Of a stretch of DNA of 64,000 bases, positions 44,168 to 56,270 are shown piece after piece. The notes beneath the pieces were generated by a model. That model had not been told where the DNA came from, made no database searches, and worked only from the letters and a program-made list of their open reading frames with translations. A program made the translations under genes and the position numbers. The stretch spans positions 1,295,487 through 1,359,486 of the forward strand of contig CAWBWZ010000023.1 in assembly GCA_963792575.1 (NCBI GenBank), given 5' to 3'. The first letter of the stretch is position 1; every line of letters begins with the position of its first letter. This stretch comes from an uncultured Acidobacteriota bacterium (GTDB taxonomy: Bacteria; Acidobacteriota; Thermoanaerobaculia; Multivoradales; UBA5704).

Positions 44168-45519
44168 TCACTCTACGCGGTAGGTGTTGAGGCGATTGTA
44201 CAGCGTCTTGAGGCTGACTCCCAGGATATCGGCCGTCTTCCGCTTGTTTCCCGCGTAGGCGTCCAGGGTCGCCATGATCAGCCGGCGCTCCACCTCCTCG
44301 ATCGAGGTGCCGACCTGGAAGTTGAGGCTGCGGATCGAGCCGGAGTCCCCGCCCACCTCCCGCGGCAGGCAGCGCGGGGTGATCTCCTGGTCGGCCATGA
44401 TGAAGGCGCGGTGCACGACGTTCTTGAGCTCGCGCACGTTGCCGGGCCAGGAGTGGGTGCGCAGCCGCTCGAGCGAGTCCTCGGTCGAAACTCTTGCCGG
44501 TGCCCTGGCGCTCGTTGAGCTGGCCGAGGAAGTAGTCGGCGAGCAGCTGGATGTCGTCGCCGCGCTCGCGCAGCGGCGGCATGTGGATCGGGAAGACCTG
44601 CAGGCGGTAGAGCAGGTCCTCGCGCAGCTTGCCGTCGCTGCACCGCCTTGTGCGGGTCGCGGTTGGTGGCGGCGATCACCCGCACGTCGACGTCGACCGG
44701 CCTGGTCGCCGCCGACGCGCACCACGGTGCCGGTCTCGAGCACGCGCAGCAGCTTGACCTGCAGCTCGATCGGCATCTCGGTGATCTCGTCGAGGAAGAG
44801 CGTGCCGCCGTGGGCGCGCTCGAAGTAGCCCTTGTGCCGGCGGTGCGGCGCCGGTGAAGCTGCCGCGCTCGTGGCCGAACAGCTCGCTCTCGATCAGCGT
44901 CGGCGAGATCGCGCCGCAGTTGAGCGGCAGGAAGGGTGCCTTCGCCCGCCGGCGACAGCAGGTGGAGCGTCTGCGCGGCCAGCTCCTTGCCGGTGCCGCT
45001 CTCGCCGATCAGGAAGACCGAGGCGTCGGTCGGCGCCACCCGGTTGAGCATCTCGTAGAGCGCCTGCATCGGCGGCGAGGCGCCCAGCAGCAGGCCGAGG
45101 CGGCCGACCTCCTGCGTCTCGGTCGACCGCCGCGCAGGCGGCCTGCGCGGCAGGGCTGGCACGCTCGCCACGTTGGCGAGGATGCTCTTCAGCCGCCCGA
45201 TGTCGAGCGGCTTGGTCAGGTAGTCGCTGGCGCCGAGGCGCAGCGCCTGGACCGCGCTCTCGACGTCGGCGTGGCCGGTCATCAGCACCACTTCGGTCGA
45301 AGCCCGAGCTCGAGGTCCTTGAGCAGCTCGATGCCGCTGCCGTCCGGGAGATAGAGGTCGACCAAGCGCCACGTCCGGCGTCCGGTGACTGACCTGGGTG
45401 CGGGCGTCGCGCAGCGTGCAGGCGGTATTGGTGGTGAAACCCTGCCCCTCGATCAGCTCGGCGAGCGCTGAGAGAAAATTGGGATCGTCATCGACCGCGA
45501 GCGCATGTGGCATGGTCAC
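44168..45519 (-). pseudogene. sigma54-dependent response regulator, NtrC family (about 8 frame switches)
   Basis: Receiver domain (ALAVDDDPNF...MTGHADVESAVQALRLGASDYLTKP), Walker [22 protein letters not shown] (44847-44864), and a C-terminal HTH ([21 protein letters not shown]). Confidence 0.9.
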
Positions 45520-46721
45520 CTCACTCCTTTGTTCCCGTTACTCGGGTTCTCTGAGATCGTCAATTCTACCTCATATACCCTAGAGCCCCCGGTCATTCCT
45601 TCACCTTCCTGCCCAACGGCCCGCGCTTCGCCGCCGTAAGCGGCAAGAATTGCGCGCGCTACCCAGAGCTGGGCGAGCGCGCCACCCGCCGAAAAGCTGA
45701 GGTCGAACCCGGGGGCCGGCGGTTCCGGCTGCGCCGCGTCCGCCTCCGCCGGGCTGTCCGCGCCCCGCACGCCGTACAGGCGCAGCCGGGCGCGGCCGTC
45801 CTGGCGCTCCAGCAGCACGTGGAGCACCCCCTGCTTCGGCACGCCGGTCAGGGCGGCGAGCGCGAGGTGCAGCAGCGCCTGCCGCAGCAGATAGCGGTTG
45901 GCGTCCACCGGCACCGGCTCGGCCGGCAGCTCGGACTTCACCTGCGCCTGCTGCTTGCGGGCGGGGGCCACCAGCAGCGCCGCCAGCTCCTCGGCCATCT
46001 CGCGCAGGTCGAGGGTCTCGTCGCGGTCGCCGCGCGGCGAGATGTAGGCCAGGAAGTTCTCCATCCCGCGATGCAGCCGCGAGAGCTCCTCCTTGAGCAC
46101 GTTGACGTAGCGCAGCAGCTTGTCCTTGTTGGCCGGATCGGTGGCCCGGCCGGAGGCCAGCATCTCCTTGAGGATCTCGATGTTGAAGACCATCGCGTTG
46201 ATCGGCGCCCGCAGGTCGTGGGCCACCGCCGGCGAGATCTGCGACACCGACCGCATCTGCGAGGTCAGCCGGAGATCGCTCTCCAGCCCGGTCAGGGTCT
46301 CCAGGCTGTGCACGAGCAGCACGCCGCCGCTCTCGGGCTCGCGGCGCAGATCGAAGAGGAGGCGGCGCGCCCCCTCGGCGGCGCCCTCCTCCTCCACAGC
46401 GAGGTCGAGCACGGCGCGCTGTTCCTGGCCACCGCCGCCGGCGCCGTTCCAGCTCAGGCCGGCGCCTTCCAGGCGCCCCTTGAGCCGTTCCCACAGGCGC
46501 TCCAGCTCGAAGCCGTCGGCGCAGCCGAGCAGCTCGAGCGCCCGCGTGTCCGCGAAGCGCACGCCTCCCTGAGGATCCAGGGTTACGACGCCGGGGCCGA
46601 GCAGCCCCGCGAGATCGTTGCTCGTCGCGCCGGACTGCGAGTTTTTCAGCGAGTTCTCGGGGGCATCCATGTCTCGTTCTCCATCAGGCCTCGCGACCGG
46701 GGTCGCCGGCGCGGCGGACAT
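45516..46721 (-). CDS. sensor histidine kinase-like protein, cytoplasmic, ATP-lid motifs poorly conserved
   Basis: Intact 401-aa ORF with H-box SPAVAHDLRAPINAM. Where the N box is expected it reads LLHLALAAL, and there is no clear DxGxG or GxGxGL. Confidence 0.65.
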   Translation of the reverse strand: MSAAPATPVARPDGERDMDAPENSLKNSQSGATSNDLAGLLGPGVVTLDPQGGVRFADTRALELLGCADGFELERLWERLKGRLEGAGLSWNGAGGGGQEQRAVLDLAVEEEGAAEGARRLLFDLRREPESGGVLLVHSLETLTGLESDLRLTSQMRSVSQISPAVAHDLRAPINAMVFNIEILKEMLASGRATDPANKDKLLRYVNVLKEELSRLHRGMENFLAYISPRGDRDETLDLREMAEELAALLVAPARKQQAQVKSELPAEPVPVDANRYLLRQALLHLALAALTGVPKQGVLHVLLERQDGRARLRLYGVRGADSPAEADAAQPEPPAPGFDLSFSAGGALAQLWVARAILAAYGGEARAVGQEGEGMTGGSRVYEVELTISENPSNGNKGVR

Positions 46722-46965
46722 TTATAGAAGGTCGACGCGCCACGCGCAAGCGAACGGCGACATTTCCCCCACGCGGAGGGAAAAAATTGTTGTTCATTGG
46801 ATTCCGAAATGTAGTTTCGCGGCACTTTCGTCCAGCCGTCCGGCGGCCGGCCAGCCGATCCAGACCCCGCGCCGGTCGCGCAGCACGGTGGTCAGGGCCG
46901 AGATCGGTGCCCCGCTGGACGGCGACACGCGCCACCCCCGGCCCCTGCCGCACGCAGCACTAAAG

Positions 46966-46981
46966 TGCAGTTTGTGTGCCA
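46966..46981 (-). promoter_or_regulatory. sigma54 -24/-12 promoter TGGCAC-ACAAA-CTGCA
   Basis: Consensus spacing; about 235 nt upstream of the kinase ORF. Confidence 0.5.
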
Positions 46982-47105
46982 CGGGCACGGCCGATGCAAG
47001 AGACGCCGATTCGTGGGGCGCGACGGCCGAGAGGAGCCGGTCCGCCTCCTCCCCGGGGCGTCCTCCGGGTAAGAGTTGCAACAGGGTGCCGGAAGCCCGT
47101 AAAAG

Positions 47106-48225
47106 GTGACCCCAATGCCTACCGCCATCGCCGTCGACGAGAGCGAGAAGCTCGATACCGGCCTGACCATCGCCGTTTTCGTCGACCCCCTGGAGAGCGC
47201 CAAGGCCGCCGGCCTGCGCTACGTCACCGACGACGAGCCCGGCATCCGCCGCCGGAAGCGCGGCAAGGGCTTCACCTACCTCGATCCGCAGGGCAAGGCG
47301 GTCAAGGACGAGAAGACGCTGGAGCGCATCCGGAAGCTGGCCATCCCGCCCGCCTGGACCGACGTCTGGATCTGCCCCCGCGCCGAACGGCCACCTCCAG
47401 GCGACCGGCCGCGACGCCCGGGGCCGCAAGCAGTACCGCTACCACGCCGACTGGCGCGAGGTGCGCGACGAGACCAAGTACGGCCGCATGATCGCCTTCG
47501 GCGACGCGCTGCCGAAGATCCGCGAGCGGGTCGACCGCGACCTGGCGCAGCGCGGCCTGCCGCGCGAGAAGGTGCTGGCCGCCGTCGTCCGGCTGCTGGA
47601 GACGACGCTGATCCGCGTCGGCAACGAGGAGTACGCCAAGCAGAACAACTCCTTCGGCCTGACCACGCTGCGCGACCGGCACGTCGACGTCGACGGCGCG
47701 ACGCTGCGCTTCGAGTTCCGCGGCAAGAGCGGCAAGGAGCACGCGGTCGAGGTCCAGCGACCGGCGCCTGGCGCGCATCGTCAAGCAGTGCCAGGACCTG
47801 CCCGGCCAGGAGCTGTTCCAGTACCTCGACGACGACGGCGAGCGCCAGAGCGTCAGCTCCGACGACGTCAACGCCTACCTGCGCGAGATCACCGGCGAGG
47901 ACTTCACGGCCAAGGACTTCCGCACCTGGGGCGGGACCGTGCTCGCCCTCTCGGCCCTGCTCGAGGTCGGCGCCTGCGAGAGCGAGCGGAGGCCAACAAG
48001 GCGGTGGTCGAGGCGATCAAGCACGTCTCCGGCCAGCTCGGCAACCCGCCGGCGATCTGCCGCAAGTACTACGTCCACCCGGTGGTGATCCAGAGCTTCC
48101 TCGAGGGGACCCTGCGGGACACCCTGGAGGATGCCGTCGAGGATTCGCCCGAGGACGAGTCCAACGGCCTGCGCCGGCTGGAGGCGCAGGTGCTGCGGCT
48201 GCTCAAGGGGCGGGCCGAGGGGTAA
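47106..48225 (+). pseudogene. DNA topoisomerase IB (about 4 frame switches)
   Basis: GLRYVTDDEPGIRRRKRGKGFTY, IPPAWTDVWIC, QATGRDARGRKQYRYH, RFEFRGKSGKEH, AKDFRTWGGT, AICRKYYVHP (active-site Tyr region). Confidence 0.85.
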
Positions 48226-48234
48226 AATGAAAAA

Positions 48235-48254
48235 GGCGGGGACAGGTCCCCGCC
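48235..48254. terminator. hairpin GGCGGGGAC-AG-GTCCCCGCC between convergent genes
   Basis: On the minus strand it is followed by TTTTTCATTTT. It also lies 10 nt after the topoisomerase stop. Confidence 0.7.
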
Positions 48255-48281
48255 TTCACGTCTTCCACATCCAGAAGCGCC

Positions 48282-48536
48282 TCAACAAACCATCTCCTCT
48301 TGGAAGATGAACGTCAGGTTCTCTTCCTCGAAGCGATCGAAGAACTCTGTCCAGGTGATCTCCTGCAGAGGCTCCCCGCTGTCATAGTCAGGGAAGTCGA
48401 TCCGCAGGCCCCCGGCGGGGATATCTTCGTTGTTCTGAGAATTGACCACCGCCGCCGGGCGCCCACCGCGCTCTTCGGCCCAACGGCGGATCTCTTCGTG
48501 GTCGGTGGTGGTCCTGTTTTCCGGCATGGTTTTCAC
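48282..48536 (-). CDS. small conserved hypothetical protein
   Basis: Intact 84-aa ORF with TTDHEEIRRWAEERGGRPA. Confidence 0.5.
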   Translation of the reverse strand: MKTMPENRTTTDHEEIRRWAEERGGRPAAVVNSQNNEDIPAGGLRIDFPDYDSGEPLQEITWTEFFDRFEEENLTFIFQEEMVC

Positions 48537-48723
48537 CCCTTCCTTTGGATTGGCTGCTACCTGTTGACGACTTCACCTCCGTTGGGGTGTAGCACTTGGC
48601 CCGTTCCTCTACGACGGAGCGTCCGAAGCTGAGAACACAGAATAGAGGCCTCTTCTTCCTTCCCAGGGACGGCGAACGCTCCCGCGGAGGGGCGCGCTCG
48701 CTATCCCCGCGATGGACCGCTTC

Positions 48724-49218
48724 TCAGCGGACCTGCGCTTCCTGGTTGATGTGGCTCTCGGCGAGCTCAGTCAGACGCTCGTCGGTCTCCTCCTCCTCCT
48801 GGAGCGTGCGCTCGAGGAGCGTGACGTGATCGTCCTTGCCGAGCATCTCGGCGTAGGTGCGCACCGTGCCGTAGCCGGCGATCTCGTAATGCTCCACCCG
48901 CTGGGCGCAGGCGATCAGGCCGGCGTCGATCACCGACGGCTCGCCTTTCATCTTGGTCATCTCGGCACCCTCCTTGAGCAGGCCCTTCATCCCCTCGCAG
49001 GTATGTCCCTTGGGGCTCTCGTCGAGGTTCTGGAAGATCTTCTCGAGGCGGCGGACATGCTCCTCGGTCTGCCGCAGATGATCGTTGAACGCCTTCCGCA
49101 GGTCCGCGGAATGGGCCGCCTCGGCCATCTTCGGCAGCGCGTCGACGATCTGCGTCTCGGCGGAATAGAGGTCTTTGAGCTGTTCGAGGTAAAGATCCTT
49201 GAGGGATTCGAGCTTCAT
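48724..49218 (-). CDS. yciE: YciE/YciF-type ferritin-like protein (DUF892)
   Basis: Intact 164-aa ORF: LYLEQLKDLYSAETQIVDALPKMAEAA...HLRQTEEHVRRLE...VEHYEIAGYG. Confidence 0.85.
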   Translation of the reverse strand: MKLESLKDLYLEQLKDLYSAETQIVDALPKMAEAAHSADLRKAFNDHLRQTEEHVRRLEKIFQNLDESPKGHTCEGMKGLLKEGAEMTKMKGEPSVIDAGLIACAQRVEHYEIAGYGTVRTYAEMLGKDDHVTLLERTLQEEEETDERLTELAESHINQEAQVR

Positions 49219-49349
49219 CTTGAGTTCCTCCTGTTGCTGGTCCTGGTTGTAGCCCGGAGCCCGTCGTTGCAGGCCCCGGTGGAGCTCATGCGGGAAGAGG
49301 CCACCGCAAGATCCGTGCCGAATCGATCAGCGAAGAAAATTGATCGAAT

Positions 49350-50148
49350 CTATTCGCTGCTGGAGCGGATGTGCCCGAACTTGATCAGCGCGATCGCCTG
49401 CCAGGCCAGGGCGGCCTCGAGCGCGTCGCCGGTCGAGGCCGTTGGCGATGACGGCGGGGATCCCCGCCGCGGTCGCCATCTCGGCGGCGACGACCTTCGA
49501 GCGCATCCCGCCCGAGCCCAGCGGCGAGGTCGGCGTGCGCCGATGTCCAGCTCGCGCAGGCCCTCGAAGTCGGCGACCTCCTCCACCAGCTCGGCGTCGG
49601 GGTCCGCGCGCGGGTCGGCGGTGAACAGGCCGTCGATGTCGGTGAGCAGCACGAGCAGGTCGGCGCCGATGAGGATCGCCACCTGCGCGGCGAGGAAGTC
49701 GTTGTCGCCGAAGGAGATCTCGTCGGTCGTCGTGGTGTCGTTCTCGTTGATCACCGGCACCACGCGCCAGTCGAGCAGCTTGCGCAGCGTCTGGCGGGCG
49801 TTGAGGTAGTGCGTGCGCGCGCTCATGTCGAAGAACGTCAGCAGCACCTGCGCGCTGGTCACGCCGCGGCTCGCGCAGCAGCTCGTCGTAGACGCGGTAG
49901 AGCTTGCCCTGGCCGACGGCGCTGGCGGCCTGCAGCTCCTCGATCGCGCGCGGGCGCAGCGGCAGGCCCATGAGCTGCGCATCCCGCGCGCGATCGCGCC
50001 GCTGGTGACGATCGACGACGTCGTCGCCGGCGCGCGTGCCGCGCGGCGACCTCGTCGCACACGCGCGCGAGCACGTCGCGCGCGCAGCTCGCCGGACTCG
50101 TCGGCGACGATGCTCGAACCGAGCTTGATGACGGTCGCGGACGGCCAT
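49350..50148 (-). pseudogene. proB: glutamate 5-kinase, short form without a PUA domain (frame disrupted)
   Basis: [71 protein letters not shown]. Confidence 0.85.
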
Positions 50149-50249
50149 GCGGCCCGGCGCGCTACGACGGCGGCGTCGCGCAGCGGGTCCGCCGCCGCGC
50201 GACGCCGCCGCGGAGCCCGGCGGGCCGCTCGGGCGACCGCCGGTGCGCG

Positions 50250-52291
<2,042 letters not shown>

Positions 52292-52392
52292 GCAGCGTCG
52301 GCTGCCCTAGCGGCCGAGGCCCGGCGCAGCGGACGCATGCCGAGGCGCGCGATGCAGCGCGGGCGACTCCGCGGGAGGCCGCGCGCGGCGCG

Positions 52393-52652
52393 CTACTCGG
52401 CCGCCGGCACGACCGAGATCACGCGGCCGCGGCGGCCGGTCGCTGAACTCGACCGTGCCCGGCCGCGCTGGCGAAGATCGTGTCGTCCTTGCCGATGCCG
52501 ACGCCGTCGCCGGGCTTGAAGCGGGTGCCGCGCTGGCGCACGATGATCTCGCCGCCGGTGACGGTCTGGCCGGCGAAGACCTTCACGCCGAGGCGCTTGG
52601 CGTTCGAGTCGCGGCCGTTGCGGGTGGAGCCGAGGCCCTTCTTATGCGCCAT
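52393..52652 (-). pseudogene. rpmA: 50S ribosomal protein L27 (2 frame switches near the 3' end)
   Basis: [48 protein letters not shown]. Confidence 0.9.
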
Positions 52653-53085
52653 CCGAGCCTCCTTCTTCTCGCGCGTGCGCGTCGCGGCTTCGCGGTCGTC
52701 GGCGGGCTTCGCGCCGGCTTGCGGCGGCTTCTGCCGGGCCTCGCGTGGCTTCGCCGGCCGCTTGCGCGGCGCGCGCCCCAGCTTGATCTCGGTGATCTCG
52801 ATCCGCGTGAGCTCCTGGCGGTGGCCGGTGCGCCGCTTGTAGCCGCGCTTGGGCTTGAACTTGACCACGCGCAGCTTCGGGCCGCGCTCGTGGCCGACGA
52901 CCTTGGCCTCGACCTTGACCTTCGCGAGGTCGGCGCCGTCGAGCGACGTCGTCGTCGCCGCGGAAGAGCAGCGGCTCGAGCGCGACCTTCGCGCCCTCGT
53001 CGTCGGGCAGCCGCTCGACGAGCAGGGTCTGGCCCTCCTCGACGCGGTACTGCTTGCCGCCGGTCTTGACGATCGCGTAGGTCAT
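52642..53085 (-). pseudogene. rplU: 50S ribosomal protein L21 (frame disrupted; 3' end uncertain)
   Basis: [26 protein letters not shown], then [27 protein letters not shown] in another frame. Confidence 0.85.
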
Positions 53086-53097
53086 GGTACTCGTCGG

Positions 53098-55031
53098 TCA
53101 GTCGGAGGCCGCCGGCGGCGGCGTCCGCCTTGGCGCGGGAACGGCGCCGTCCGCCTCTGCGGCCGCGGCGCCGAGGCGCGATTCTACGCCATCGGCCGCC
53201 GTCGTCGCCGGTCTCGTCGCCGGTCGGCCGCGACTCGGCGTCGACCAGCGAGGCGGTGGCCGCGGTGCGGCCCGACCTCCTCGATGCGCACCAGCCGCTT
53301 CTCGCCGACGTAGCGGGCCGCCGCCGGCGACCGAGATGATGTAGCCGTCGATCTTGGCCACGGCGTCGTCGACGTTGTACATGTGCGGCTCGACGATCTG
53401 GACGAGCACCTCGTCGCCCTCGCGGAACGGCAGCGCGCGCTCCTCGACCTCGCTCGCGCGAGCCCTCCAGCGTGACCGCGAAGTGGTCGAGCGGCAGGCC
53501 CTCGGAGCCCTCGAAGTGGAAGAGCTTGCCGGTCTCGTCCTCGAGCGCCGTGCAGCATGCCGCGCGCCGTTGCCGGTGAACTGCGGCGGTCACGCGCGGG
53601 TTGACCTGGACCAGGAACGCCTCGGGCGTCCGTGCGCTCCGCGGCGAGCTCGCGCAGCTGGCGCTCGACCTCGATCGCGATCGTCTCCTCGGACTGGATC
53701 ACGCCCTCGCCGTCGCAGGTCGGGCAGGCGCGGGTCATGATCTCGCGCACGCCCTCGGTGACGTTCTGGCGCGTCATCTCGACCAGGCCGAGCGGCGAGA
53801 TCTCGACCACGAAGGTCTTCGTGCGGTCCTCGTCGAGCGCCTTGCGCAGCGTCTTGAGCACCGCGTCGCGGTTGCGCGCCCGCGCCATGTCGATGAAGTC
53901 GATGACGATGATCCCGCCGATGTCGCGCAGCCGCAGCTGGTGGACGACCTCCTCGGCCGCCTCGAGGTTGGTCTTCGTGATCGTGTCCTCCAGGCGCGCG
54001 CCCTTGCCGCGGCCGATGAACGAGCCGGAGTTGACGTCGATGACCGTCAGCGCCTCGGCGTAGTCGATCATCAGGTAGCCGCCGCTGGGCAGGTCGACGC
54101 GGCGCGAGAGCACGCCCTCGATCACCTGCTCGACGCCGTAGCGCTCGAACAGCGGCTCGCTCGTCCTCCTAGAGCTCGACGCGGTCGACCAGCTCGGGCG
54201 CGGTGCGGGTGAAGAACGAGACCAGCCGGTGGTGCTGCTTCGGGTCGTCGACGATCGCGCGCTCGAACTCGGCCGAGAAGATGTCGCGCACGACGCGCAC
54301 CGACAGGTCGGCCTCCTGGAAGACCATCGCCGGGGCCGGTCGGTCTCCTCGACGCGCTTCTGGAGCACCTCGTGGAGCTTGTACAGGTACTGCAGCTCGC
54401 GCTCGAAGTCCTCGCGCTTGGCGCCGTGGGCCGCGGTGCGGATGATCGCGCCGCCGCCGCTGGAGGTCGAGCTTGGCGACCTCCTTGCGCAGGCGGTCGC
54501 GCTCCTTGTCGTCGAGCCGGCGCGAGACGCCGACGCCCTCGCCCGGTCGGCGCGTAGACCAGGTAGCGGCCGGCGATCGAGAGCTCCATCGACAGGCGCG
54601 CGCCCTTGGTCTTCAGCGGGTCCTTGACGACCTGGACGACGATCTCCTGGCCGGGCTTGAGCAGGTCGGTGATCTTCTGCCGCCCTTGCCGCGCGCCGCG
54701 GCCGCGGCGGGCGCCTCGACGCCGGGCAGCACGATCTCGTCGACGTGCAGGAAGCCGTTCTTGTCGAGGCCGATGTCGACGAACGCGGCCTCGAGGCCGG
54801 CGCAGGACGTTGTCGACCTTGCCCTTGTAGATGTTGCCGACGATCGAGCGCGCGCCGCGGCGCTCGATGTAGAGCTCGGCGACGCGGTAGCCCTCGCGCT
54901 GGGCGTCGGCGGCTTCTTGCGGCGCCTGCGCGCGCCGTGCGCCTTCGGCGGCGGCCGGCTTGCCCGTCGCCTCGAGCAGCGCGACGCGGGTCTCCGCCGC
55001 GGTCGACGCTGACCAGTACTTGCTTTTTCAC
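53098..55031 (-). pseudogene. rne: ribonuclease E/G family (many frame switches and an in-frame TAG)
   Basis: GTG start after AAAGGAAGAG. NIYKGKVDNV (S1 domain), GFLHVDE, IDVNSGSFIG, GGIIVIDFIDM, CPTCDGEG. Confidence 0.85.
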
Positions 55032-55048
55032 GATGAGATTCTCTTCCT

Positions 55049-56270
55049 TTAGAGGTCGAGCGCCCGGCCCTTGAGGCGGCATGCCGATGCGCGCGCCTTG
55101 CACGTAGATCGACTGCAGGAGGCCGAGCGGCCAGGAAGGTGACGAGGACCGAGGAGCCGCCGTAGCTCATCAGCGGCAGCGGGACGCCGGTGATGGGCAT
55201 GATCCCGATGGTCATGCCGACGTTGACGAAGACCTGGAACATCAGCATCGCGACGATGCCGCCGGCGATCAGCGCGCCGTACAGGTTCTTCGCCATGGTG
55301 AGGATGCGCAGCGCCCGCCAGATCAGCAGCGCGTAGAGCGAGAGCACGAGCGCCGCGCCCAGCGAAGCCGTACGTCTCCCCGACCACGGCGAAGACGAAG
55401 TCCGTGTGGTGCTCGGGGAGGAAGTTGCAGCTTCGTCTGCGTCGCGCCGTGCGACGCCGCGGCCGGTCTTCTGGCCGGCGCCGATCGCGATCCGCGACTG
55501 GTTGAGCTGGTAGCCCTGGCTCTGCGGGTTGTCGGACGGGTTGAGGAACGCCGTCAGGCGCTGCACCTGGTAGGGCTTGCAGCACGCTGCACGCCGACCG
55601 CGGGCGCGACGACGAGCACCAGGGTGATCGCGACCGCGAACGTCGCGCCGAGCACCGCGAAGTGCTTCCACGAGGTGCCGGCCACGAACAGCACGGCGAC
55701 GGCGATGACCACGTAGACCATGCCGCTGCCGAGGTCGGGCTGGACGATCACGAGCACCGCCGGCACCAGCGCGAGCAGCATCATCCGCGCCGTGGTGTCG
55801 CGCTCCTGCAGCCGGCGCGAGCGGTCGACCACGAAGGCCGACGAGCGCGAGCACGAGCAGCAGCTTGCCCAGCTCGGACGGCTGGAAGCGGAAGAACGGC
55901 GAGGTCGATCGCAGCGCTCGCGACCCGCGCGACGCGGCGCCGAGCGCGAGCACGAGCAGGATCGACGCCGATCATGACGCCGTAGAGGCCGTACTTCAGC
56001 TCGCGCAGGCGCGAGTAGTCGAAGCGGCTGACGCCGAGCATCAGGACGAGCCCGACGCCCGCGAACAGCGGCCTGGCGGTCGACGTAGTAGTGCGGCGAC
56101 GCCGGGGATGTCGTCGCGCGTCGCGCCGCCGACCGTGACCAGCGAGCAGACGACCAGGCCGAGCGCGGCGAGCAGCAGCAGCGGGTCGATCCGCAGCAGC
56201 GGCGGGCGCGGCGGCGGCCGTCGTCGCCGTCCTCCGTCGCGGCCTGTGGATCGGGCTGCGGCGTGCTCAT
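55049..56270 (-). pseudogene. rodA: SEDS-family peptidoglycan glycosyltransferase RodA (frame disrupted)
   Basis: FQPSELGKLLLVL, HTDFVF, MFQVFVNVGMTIGIMPITGVPLPLMSYGGSS. Confidence 0.85.

Noticed and set aside
52393-53085. An apparent L21-L27 fusion with a basic linker (no stop between rplU and rpmA in ORF 52419..52868).
   Set aside because: A good RBS (AAGGAGG) precedes the rpmA ATG, another frame gives a TAA overlapping that ATG, and the region contains several indels. This is most likely a frameshift artefact.
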